Assembly: GCA_963934795.1 (NCBI GenBank)
Contig: CAWWAF010000003.1
Span: forward strand, 2,029 to 66,028
DNA: 64,000 bases
Direction of reading: 5' to 3'
Source of the DNA: an uncultured bacterium
GTDB lineage: Bacteria; Acidobacteriota; Vicinamibacteria; Vicinamibacterales; UBA8438
Positions 1-8,114 of the stretch are shown in pieces. Positions within the stretch are counted from its first letter, which is position 1. Each line of letters begins with the position of its first letter. The translations under genes were made by a program, and so were the position numbers. Below the pieces are notes generated by a model that saw only the letters and a list, made by a program, of their open reading frames with translations, was not told the DNA's origin and did not search any database.

Positions 1-4
1 ACCG

Positions 5-1276
5 TCACAGCGGGTCCTCAAGATACGGGATGGTCTGTGGGCCCTCTGGCAAGACGCAGACACGCGCCTTCGGTCCGAAGCGCGCGAGCGCCTCCCGCGT
101 GGCGGCACCGACGTCGTGGATCGGCGTCAGATGGACCGCTCGCACCTGCTCATCTGTCAGGCCCTCGGTCTTGAGCAGCACCGCAGCTCGCTGCTGAATC
201 TGGGCCTGCATCTGCACTTCCCATTGGTCATGACGGTTGTGACCCGGCGCGTTGATCATCTCCAGGAGCCCCTCGGCGGTATCGCGTTGGGTAAGAATAT
301 CTAGAAATTCGCCGTGGTCCGGGTAGCCATCCGCGCACGCAGCGGCGCAGATGATGATCCCATGAGGTTTCACGACCTGGGCCGCGGCCGACATGCCCTT
401 GATGGACTGATACAGGTTCTGATCGAGTGGGTAGCCACTGTTGGTCGTGACCACGACGTCGAACGGCTCTGCGAACGCCTGCATCGCTGTCTGCTTGACG
501 ACGGTACGGACGGTCCGATGGACGGCGAACAACTCACCGGCCTCCACATGCGTGATATTGCGGTCGCGGTTGATGGCGACATCGATGCTGAAATCGACCT
601 CAGACAAAGCCGCGATGTGGCGGACCGCATCGTGAATAGGATTCCCCTCGATCACGCCCCAACGAGCTTGTGGGTGTCGGATCATCTCGGCGTCGTGTAG
701 ACGCATGATCGTTTCGAACCCGGCCAGCCCCGGCGCGACGAGTTTTGGCCCGCCGCTAAAGCCAGCGAAGAAATGCGGTTCGACGAAGCCGGTCGTGATC
801 CGCACGTCCGCCTCGACCCACGTGCGGTTCAGCCACACCGGGATGCCGTCTACCTCGCCAAGCGACACCAGGGCAGAGGCGTCGAACGCATCGTGGATGA
901 CGATGCGGTTGCGGTCTACGATCTCAGCGCCGAACATCTCAATCAACTCGTCGCGTGTCGTGGCCCGGTGTGTGCCGCTGGCGACCATGATCGCGATCTG
1001 GGCGGTGGGGACGTGTGCCAGCGCATCCAGCAGCACTGGCAGCAGGGTTGCGCTTGGCATCGGGCGCGTGATGTCGCAGACGGAAATAGCGACCGTGTGG
1101 TCGGCTCGCACGAGGTCACGCAGGGGGGCGGTGCCGGTTGGGTGCTCGATGGCTTGCCGGATAGCGCCACGCTGGTCCGCCAGACCGTCGATATACGTTG
1201 GCTGGATCACCGTCGTCCGGTCGTCTGGGAATTCGACCGGAAGACCGGTGCGGCCGTAAGCGAGAGTGACGAGCAT
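5..1276 (-). CDS. LarA-family (DUF2088) nickel-pincer-dependent 2-hydroxyacid racemase/epimerase homologue
   Basis: 423-aa ORF. Motifs ASGTHR and EPHFFAGFSGGPK match, from memory, the cofactor-binding His/Lys regions of Lactobacillus plantarum LarA. The ATG lies 24 nt downstream of the selenoprotein stop on the same strand. Confidence 0.8.
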   Translation of the reverse strand: MLVTLAYGRTGLPVEFPDDRTTVIQPTYIDGLADQRGAIRQAIEHPTGTAPLRDLVRADHTVAISVCDITRPMPSATLLPVLLDALAHVPTAQIAIMVASGTHRATTRDELIEMFGAEIVDRNRIVIHDAFDASALVSLGEVDGIPVWLNRTWVEADVRITTGFVEPHFFAGFSGGPKLVAPGLAGFETIMRLHDAEMIRHPQARWGVIEGNPIHDAVRHIAALSEVDFSIDVAINRDRNITHVEAGELFAVHRTVRTVVKQTAMQAFAEPFDVVVTTNSGYPLDQNLYQSIKGMSAAAQVVKPHGIIICAAACADGYPDHGEFLDILTQRDTAEGLLEMINAPGHNRHDQWEVQMQAQIQQRAAVLLKTEGLTDEQVRAVHLTPIHDVGAATREALARFGPKARVCVLPEGPQTIPYLEDPL

Positions 1277-1300
1277 CGATGAGCGCCTGCGAGTAGATGC

Positions 1301-1852
1301 CTAGACCGCCACCAGGATGGCCAAGACTTGTGGGACGGCCTCGTCGGCGCGCGACTGAATTTCGGCGTCGGTGAGTGTGCTCAGCGGGTGCGTGATGACC
1401 ACTGTGTCCAGACCCTCCGCGCCGAGCGCCGCGCGCTGCACCTCGGCCTCTCGGACGAACGCCGCAGTGATGATAGCCGCGGTCGGCACGCCTCGTTGTT
1501 CCAGCCCGATGGCGTCGTGCAAACTGCACGACGTGCAGGACCCTCAATCTCCGATGGCGGTGATGACGGCGTCGTTCTCTGCCGCGATCTGGTCCAGCAA
1601 GGAGTCCGGGGCCGCCCGCGAGAAACTGCCCTTCGTGTAGTGCGTGATGGTCGCCGGTGCAGCCTCAGCTTCCAGCCGCGTTGCGACACGCCGCAGCAGG
1701 TTTGACCCGTTCCACTTCGAGTTGTCCAGGATAGCCACGCGCATGCCGCGCAGTGTCGCGAGTCGAGCGGCCAGCGCGACCGTCTCGGCCGTCACGGTGC
1801 CGCGTGGGTCGAAGACGGTCTGCCCAGACGGCAGGGTGGAATGCGTGGACAT
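1301..1852 (-). CDS. UGA-recoded selenoprotein, UxxCxxC (UGSC-type, GrdB-like motif), copy A, about 183 aa
   Basis: ORFs 1544..1852 and 1301..1522 share a frame and are separated only by TGA 1544..1546. Read-through gives ...VITAIGD-U-GSCTSCSLHDAIGLEQRGVP... A hairpin follows the TGA. A paralogue at 9718..10257 has the same architecture. Confidence 0.75.
1513..1533 (-). promoter_or_regulatory. putative bacterial SECIS hairpin (copy A)
   Basis: On the mRNA, CGUCGUGCA-GUU-UGCACGACG forms a 9-bp perfect stem. The stem starts at the 11th nt after UGA and the GU-containing apical loop lies about 20 nt after UGA. The nucleotide block is conserved in copy B. Confidence 0.6.
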
Positions 1853-1914
1853 GATGGGATTCTCTCTTGACGGGTAGCCTGTCGGATTCGCGTGTCAAGT
1901 TCGCGTGTCAGACG

Positions 1915-3018
1915 TCACAACTCGCAGGTGCCGTCCGTGCATCGGACGTCGTTTTGGGGCGCCTGACCATCAATCGCGCGCAGTACCGGCGATGTCATGT
2001 GCCCCCAGCCAGGGAGGAACGCCGAAAATCGGCCGGCTTCGCCCCCCGCGACGAACAGGTGAATGTCGTCTGGAGACGGCACGATTGGAATACGCGCGCC
2101 CGGTTCGCGCCGATACCATTTGGGCAGATTGCGGTTGTAGATTTTGCCGTACCGGCCGTGGAAGCTGATGTCGTCGAAGGTGTTCGTGGTGTGTGACCAC
2201 AGATACCGTCGCACATCGCCGCGTGTCCAGCCGGCGCCAGCGATCGTGGCGGCGTGCTCCGGTCCGACGACGACAGCGCAGGAGCCACTGCTCACCGCGT
2301 TGTTGTGGGCGATGGTGCTCATACACGATACAAGACTATCCAGTACGCCTTGCGGGTCGTTCGCCACATGGTTTGTGACGCTATGCGGTCCTTCCGTGGC
2401 GATGCAGAACACCGTGCTGTCGTCGGGCCGATAGCCTTTTTCGACATGGTAGGGCGCCCACGGACTGGCTTCCTCGTGTTCGGCGATACAGAACGTGTAC
2501 TTCCCTGGATGACCGAGCGTGCTCTTGTCGAGGTCGCCCGGCCACCCGCCCCCGACATTGAGCATGATGAGCCGGAGGGCGCGGCCGATCGTGGCGTTCG
2601 CGCGGTTTCCGGAGCCGAACACGTTGGCGCCTGCGTTCATCCCGATCGTGCGGCGGATCGGGCCGTTCACGATGAGAAGCGGCGCGGCCATGTGCGTCGT
2701 GGCCTGTATGCCGTTGAGGTTGAAGTGTGCGCCACAGAGCGCCAGGATCGCGGCCCGGACGACCGGCGCGTAGGCTGGCGTGCATCCGGCCAGCACAAGA
2801 TTGATGGCGAGCACTTCCCGAGTGAGGTTGCCCCACCGGGGTGGCACCCGCGTCTCCAGCCGGTGCGCGTCTCCGCCCAGCGCCTCGACCATCGCGGCGA
2901 CTGTTGCCGTGGTTGGTGGCACCACCGGAAGCCCGTCGGTCCATCCCTGTTCGAAATACCACTCAACGAGATCGAGCTGCGTGTCCGTGGTAATCGTGGA
3001 TGCGGAGGCGTCTGGCAT
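1915..3018 (-). CDS. conserved hypothetical protein, selenoprotein-partner family (copy A)
   Basis: Long ORF. The ATG at 3018 is preferred over the TTG at 3060. It is colinear with residues about 190-558 of ORF 10311..11948, with shared blocks DGLPVVPPT, LAGC(T/R)P, VNGPIRR, FG.G.RANATIGRAL, STLG.PGK(Y/F)T.C and GKFSAFL.GW. I do not recognise the family. Confidence 0.6.
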   Translation of the reverse strand: MPDASASTITTDTQLDLVEWYFEQGWTDGLPVVPPTTATVAAMVEALGGDAHRLETRVPPRWGNLTREVLAINLVLAGCTPAYAPVVRAAILALCGAHFNLNGIQATTHMAAPLLIVNGPIRRTIGMNAGANVFGSGNRANATIGRALRLIMLNVGGGWPGDLDKSTLGHPGKYTFCIAEHEEASPWAPYHVEKGYRPDDSTVFCIATEGPHSVTNHVANDPQGVLDSLVSCMSTIAHNNAVSSGSCAVVVGPEHAATIAGAGWTRGDVRRYLWSHTTNTFDDISFHGRYGKIYNRNLPKWYRREPGARIPIVPSPDDIHLFVAGGEAGRFSAFLPGWGHMTSPVLRAIDGQAPQNDVRCTDGTCEL

Positions 3019-3095
3019 GGTCGGCGGTGGGTCCTGACGTGGGCTCACGACTTGACACAATCACTATAGTGCACGCCGCGACGCGGGTCCCCTTG

Positions 3096-3371
3096 CTACT
3101 TGTCGTCCGGGTTGATGCCTTTGAAGGCGAGCGCGGCGACGGCGCCGCCAGCGAGGTTGGCAACGGCGAGCTTGCCCATGACGATGAGACCCGCGACGAC
3201 GGCCGGGTTGAAATGGGCGCCCGAGACGTGGCCACCGGCGAAGATCATGACCATCAGCGCACTGCCGATGGCGATGGGGGCGAAATCACCTGCGAGGCCG
3301 AGCACCGCGGCGCAGCCTACCGTGAGGACGAGGAAAAACGTGCCGATGAATTCAGCAACGTACTTATTCAT
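3096..3371 (-). pseudogene. MIP/aquaporin-family remnant (N-terminal about 3 TM helices with the first NPA box only)
   Basis: 91-aa ORF reading MNKYVAEFIGTFFLVLTVGC...GGHVSGAHFNPAV... Normal MIP channels are about 230 aa with two NPA boxes. This ORF stops after the third helix, 35 nt from the neighbouring gene. Confidence 0.5.
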
Positions 3372-3532
3372 GGCTCGTTTATAGTGTGCAGACTAGAAAA
3401 TATCCAGTGCCAAATGTCCGGACCGTGCCGTATCGAGCCAGGGGGCCGGTTTTCTTGCTCGTGGTGTCAGGCTGAGTCGCGGACCTTGGTGGCGCACACC
3501 GAGCCCACACGTTCGAGACTGGGGGACCCCCG

Positions 3533-5449
3533 ATGAGGGAGAGGATGCCGAGATTCGTCGCCGCGATCGCCGCCTGCCTGCTCGTCGCCGCGCCGGTCGC
3601 CGCGCAGCGGGGCGCGGCCGACGGCCAATGGGCGAGCTACGGAGGCGACGACGGCAGTACGAAGTATGCGCCGCTCGACCAGATTGATGCCGGGAACGTG
3701 GATCAACTCGAAGTGGCGTGGACCTGGGCCTCGGCGGACAACGCGGTGCTCGCGCAGAATCGTGAACTCAGTGCACGCGGGTTCAAGGGCACGCCCGTGA
3801 TGGTCGATGGCGTGCTCTATGTGCGGACATCGCTCAGCATTGTGGCCGCGATTGACGCCGCGACGGGTGAGCAGCTCTGGGTCCGTGACGTTGGGAGCTA
3901 CGACGCAGGGCGGCCAACCAACCTCGGGTTCAACACCCGCGGCGTGGCGCACTGGTCGGACGGTGTCGAGTCCAGGATCTTCCTCGCGACTGGTGACTCG
4001 CATCTGTGGTCGTTCGATGCCGCGACCGGGCAGCCGATCGGTCGCTTCGGTGGCGACGGCAAGGTCGATTTGACCCAAGGACTTTTGCGTGAGGTCCCGC
4101 GAGGCGCATATCAGGTCATGTCCCCGCCCATGGTTGTGGGTGACGTCGTGATCGTCGGGTCGTCCATCTCCGACGGTCCCCAGAATATGACGGCGCCGCC
4201 GGGTGATATCCGCGGCTTCGACACCCGCACCGGTCGTCTGCTCTGGACGTTTCACACCGTCGCCCAAGCCGGAGAGTTCGGGAACGACACCTGGGAGGAC
4301 AACTCTTGGCGCTATACGGGCAACACGAATGTGTGGACCGTCATGAGCGCTGACCAGGAACTCGGTTACGTGTATCTCCCGATCGGGACCCCGACCAACG
4401 ACTGGTACGGTGGACATCGGTTGGGCGACAATCTGTTCGCGGAGAGCCTGGTCTGTCTGGATGCCGCCACCGGTGAGCGGGTCTGGCATTTTCAGATGGT
4501 GCACCACGGGCTGTGGGACTACGACCTCCCGGCCGCGCCGACGCTGGTCGACATCACGGTCGATGGCCGGGATATCAAGGCGGTCGCGCAGGTGAGCAAG
4601 CAGGGGTTCACCTATGTGTTCGACCGCGTGACGGGCGAACCGGTCTGGCCGATCGAGGAACGTCCGGTGGCGCAGTCGTCGGTGCCAGGTGAGCGCAGCT
4701 CGGCGACGCAGCCATTTCCCACCAAGCCACCGGCCTTCGAGCGTCAAGGGATGTCCGTGGACGCGCTCATTGACTTCACACCCGAACTGCGCGCTGAGGC
4801 CGAGCAGATTCTGTCCGGGTTCGAGTACGGAGACCTCTTCCATCCGCCGTCCGAGAAGGGCACGATTCAGATGCCAGGCTGGGCCGGTGGGGCCAATTGG
4901 TACGGCGCCGGGTTCGACCCTGAGACGGACTATCTGTATGTCCCCTCACGGACAGATCCCATTTCCGTGCGCCTGGTGCAGCCGGACCGTGAGCGTTCCG
5001 ACTTTACCTACCGGCGTGGCCGCAGTGGATTGCGCGGTCCGCAGGGCCTTCCGCTCGCGAAGCCACCCTATTCACGGCTGACGGCGATCAATCTTGCGAC
5101 CGGCGAGCAGGCCTGGCAGGTGCCGCTGGGAGACGGACCCCGGCAACAAGTCATCGACCTTGGGGCCCCGGACCCCGGGCCGCTCGGTGGCGCTGTATAC
5201 ACGGGCCCCGTCGTAACGGAGACGCTGCTCTTCCTGGGGCTCCGTGGCAACCGCGACACGGGGCAGGAGCCGGTGCTGAATGCGTATGACAAAGCGAACG
5301 GAGAGATCGTGCATGCCGTCGACCTCCCGGTTCCGCTCAACGGAACCCCGATGACCTATATGGCCGAGGGCCGGCAGTACGTTGTGGCGGCCTACAGCAG
5401 CGGTGTCGACTCGGGGCTCCTCGCGCTGGCATTGCCGACAGATCCCTGA
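3533..5449 (+). CDS. periplasmic PQQ-dependent dehydrogenase (glucose/quinate-type beta-propeller quinoprotein)
   Basis: 638 aa with a signal peptide, then WASYGGDDGSTKYAPLDQIDAGNVDQLEVAWTW, which is typical of the quinoprotein N-terminus. There is no vicinal Cys-Cys. It is a paralogue of 14034..16070. Confidence 0.85.
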   Translation: MRERMPRFVAAIAACLLVAAPVAAQRGAADGQWASYGGDDGSTKYAPLDQIDAGNVDQLEVAWTWASADNAVLAQNRELSARGFKGTPVMVDGVLYVRTSLSIVAAIDAATGEQLWVRDVGSYDAGRPTNLGFNTRGVAHWSDGVESRIFLATGDSHLWSFDAATGQPIGRFGGDGKVDLTQGLLREVPRGAYQVMSPPMVVGDVVIVGSSISDGPQNMTAPPGDIRGFDTRTGRLLWTFHTVAQAGEFGNDTWEDNSWRYTGNTNVWTVMSADQELGYVYLPIGTPTNDWYGGHRLGDNLFAESLVCLDAATGERVWHFQMVHHGLWDYDLPAAPTLVDITVDGRDIKAVAQVSKQGFTYVFDRVTGEPVWPIEERPVAQSSVPGERSSATQPFPTKPPAFERQGMSVDALIDFTPELRAEAEQILSGFEYGDLFHPPSEKGTIQMPGWAGGANWYGAGFDPETDYLYVPSRTDPISVRLVQPDRERSDFTYRRGRSGLRGPQGLPLAKPPYSRLTAINLATGEQAWQVPLGDGPRQQVIDLGAPDPGPLGGAVYTGPVVTETLLFLGLRGNRDTGQEPVLNAYDKANGEIVHAVDLPVPLNGTPMTYMAEGRQYVVAAYSSGVDSGLLALALPTDP

Positions 5450-5470
5450 GCGAAGGCGCGTCAGGGGGGC

Positions 5471-5878
5471 TCAGGGGGTGGAGAACCGTGCGCGAGCACG
5501 GAACAGCGCGGTGGTCGGAATCATGAAGATGGCAAAGCTCACGGCCGCGGAGCCTAGCGACCCGCGTGCCAGGCTGAACACCAGCATGCTGATCGCGACC
5601 TGTAGGGCATAGGCGGCGGCCCACGGCCACATCCAGGTTTTCATCTTCCACATGCCGTAGGCGCCCGCGGCGTAAATGGCCCAGTGGACTGGTTCGGTCA
5701 GTTTCGCGGCCCACCCTTCGAGCAGGAAGCCGAACCAGACTTCCTGGTCTTCGGCGACAGGCTTGAGGAACATGTCAAACGGCATGTACACGAACGTCAT
5801 GAACAGACAGAACCCGAAAATCAGGTTCATCCACCATGGGCGGCGGGTCCATGCCGCGCGTAGATTCAGTGCCGCCAT
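5471..5878 (-). CDS. small integral membrane protein, unknown function
   Basis: 135-aa ORF with about 4 hydrophobic, Trp-rich segments. It starts 6 nt downstream of the FadB-like gene on the same strand. Confidence 0.5.
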   Translation of the reverse strand: MAALNLRAAWTRRPWWMNLIFGFCLFMTFVYMPFDMFLKPVAEDQEVWFGFLLEGWAAKLTEPVHWAIYAAGAYGMWKMKTWMWPWAAAYALQVAISMLVFSLARGSLGSAAVSFAIFMIPTTALFRARARFSTP

Positions 5879-5884
5879 TGTGGG

Positions 5885-8005
5885 TTATAGGTCGCCGAAC
5901 CCTTTGCCTTGTTCGGCCAGTCGCTTCAGCAACGGGGCCGGTTCCAGCCAGTAGTCACCATGCGCGTCGTGTAGCCGGCTCATCGCCTCGTAGATGGTCT
6001 TGATGCCGACCAGATCGGCCCAGAACATCGGGCCGCCCCGGTAGCGGGGAAAGCCGTAGCCATACATCCAGACAACGTCAATATCGCTGGCCCGCTGGGC
6101 GAGTCCCTCCTCGAGGATCTTCGCGCCTTCGTTGACCAGCGGGTACATGCACCGTTCGAGAATTTCCTGGTCGCCAACCTCGCGCCGCGCGAAACCGTTC
6201 TCGGCCGACACCTGGAGTACCAGTTCGTTGACGACCGGGTCGGGAATCGGGGTGCGGCTACCCGATTCGTAACGGAACCATCCGGCGCCAGTCTTCTGGC
6301 CAAATCGGCCCAATTCGCAGACCCGGTCAGCCACCGCCGAGTAACGGAGATGGGCGGGCCGGGTCGCGGCTTGCCGCTGGCGGATGCGCCAGCCGACATC
6401 CAGTCCAGCGAGGTCCCCCATGGCGTAGGGACCCATCGGCATGCCGAAGTCGTAGATGACCTTGTCGATCTGGTGCGGGAGCGCGCCCTCTTCCAGTAGG
6501 AAGTCGGCCTGCCGGCGATAGGCGTACAGCATGCGGTTGCCCACGAACCCGTCGCAGATGCCCACCAGCACGCCGATCTTCCCGATGCGCTTCGACAGCT
6601 TCATGATGGTCGCGATGGTCTGGGGCGACGACTCGGCACCCCGTACGTTTTCCATCAGCTTCATCACGTTCGCCGGGCTGAAGAAATGGGTCCCGATGAC
6701 CTTGTCCGGCCGCCGCGTTGCCGACGCGATCTCGTCGACATCCAAGGTGGAGGTGTTCGTGGCCAGAATCGCGTCGGGCTTGCAGGCGGTATCCAGCTGC
6801 GCGAAGACCTCCTTCTTCAGATCCATGTCCTCAAACACGGCTTCGATGACGATGTCCGCGTCAGCCAGGTCGTCGTAGGACACCGTCGTGGAGATCAGCC
6901 CAAGTCGAGTGTCCATCTGCGCCTGGGAGAGGCGGCCCTTGGTGACCGTGGCGGCATAGTTCTTCGTGATGAGCCCCATGCCCTTGTCGAGGGCGTCCTG
7001 AGAGACCTCAAACACCTTCACGGGAATTCCGGCGTTGGCAAAGTTCATTGCGATGCCGCCACCCATGGTGCCGCAGCCGATCACCGCCGCGGTCTTGATC
7101 GGCAGGAGGGGCGTGTCTTTCGGCACGTCAGCAATCTTCGAGACCTGTCGCTCGGCGAAAAACGCGTGCCGCTGCGCCTTCGACTGGTCGGAGGCGAGGA
7201 GCTTCGTGAAGGTCTCACGCTCTTTCGCGAGGCCGGCGGAGAACGGCAGATTGGCGGCGGCCTCGACGCACTCCACGCAGGCAAATGGCGCCTCGAAGCC
7301 ACGCGCGCGACGAGCCATGTTTTTGCGGAACTCCGCAAATATCTCCGGCGCGTCGCGGCTCTCGGCCACCCGGTCGTCAAGCGCTGACATCCTCCGAATG
7401 GGGACCTGTTCTTCGAGCATGCGGCGAGCCTCCCTCACCGCGGCCTCCACGACATCGCCGTCGACGACGGCGTCCAGGATGCCGAGCGCCTGGGCATCAG
7501 CCGCCGGTACCATCTTGCCAGTGACGATGACGTCGAGTGCGGCCGGGACGCCGATCAAACGGGGAAGGCGCTGCGTGCCACCGGCGCCGGGCACGATGCC
7601 GAGCGTGACTTCAGGCAGTGCGACTCGCGTGCCCGTGGCCGCCACGCGCAGATGGCAGCCCAGGGCGAGCTCGAGCCCTCCGCCGAGCGCAAACCCGTGG
7701 ATCGCCGCCACAACGGGCTTTGTTGACGCCTCGATGGCGTCGATCAGCGTCGGCAGGTGTGGGGTGCCGGGCGGAGGCGCCTGTCCGAACTCCCGGATGT
7801 CGGCCCCGCCGCAGAACATCTTGCCACCGCCGGTGACAACCAGCGCCCGGACGGCGTCGTCACTCAGTGCAGACTCGAGCGCGGCGTGCAGCCCGTTGCG
7901 TACCGCAAAGCCCAATCCGTTCACCGGTGGGCTATCGAGCGTGATGACGGCTACGCCGTCGCGAATTGAATTGGTTACAACATCAGACATGCGAGGTCCT
8001 TCCAA
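5885..8005 (-). CDS. bifunctional enoyl-CoA hydratase / 3-hydroxyacyl-CoA dehydrogenase (FadB/FadJ-like)
   Basis: 706 aa. The N-terminal crotonase motif is GGGKMFCGGADIREF. The central Rossmann motif is AVIGCGTMGGGIAMNFANAG, followed by a 3HCDH C-terminal region. Confidence 0.9.
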   Translation of the reverse strand: MEGPRMSDVVTNSIRDGVAVITLDSPPVNGLGFAVRNGLHAALESALSDDAVRALVVTGGGKMFCGGADIREFGQAPPPGTPHLPTLIDAIEASTKPVVAAIHGFALGGGLELALGCHLRVAATGTRVALPEVTLGIVPGAGGTQRLPRLIGVPAALDVIVTGKMVPAADAQALGILDAVVDGDVVEAAVREARRMLEEQVPIRRMSALDDRVAESRDAPEIFAEFRKNMARRARGFEAPFACVECVEAAANLPFSAGLAKERETFTKLLASDQSKAQRHAFFAERQVSKIADVPKDTPLLPIKTAAVIGCGTMGGGIAMNFANAGIPVKVFEVSQDALDKGMGLITKNYAATVTKGRLSQAQMDTRLGLISTTVSYDDLADADIVIEAVFEDMDLKKEVFAQLDTACKPDAILATNTSTLDVDEIASATRRPDKVIGTHFFSPANVMKLMENVRGAESSPQTIATIMKLSKRIGKIGVLVGICDGFVGNRMLYAYRRQADFLLEEGALPHQIDKVIYDFGMPMGPYAMGDLAGLDVGWRIRQRQAATRPAHLRYSAVADRVCELGRFGQKTGAGWFRYESGSRTPIPDPVVNELVLQVSAENGFARREVGDQEILERCMYPLVNEGAKILEEGLAQRASDIDVVWMYGYGFPRYRGGPMFWADLVGIKTIYEAMSRLHDAHGDYWLEPAPLLKRLAEQGKGFGDL

Positions 8006-8114
8006 TGCGCCGAAAGTGTGCCGCGTGGCGCGCCGCGGGATTATATCGTCACGGCTACGGCATGTGTTGACGGGGTGGGGTTGGTCGTCGCGTCCGGCGA
8101 TGGCACGACCGGTG

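Noticed and set aside
3467-4843. 458-aa ORF on the minus strand, antisense to the PQQ dehydrogenase gene
   Set aside because: The product is Arg/Pro/Gly-rich and low in complexity. It lies entirely within a well-supported gene on the opposite strand. This is a typical shadow ORF of high-GC DNA.
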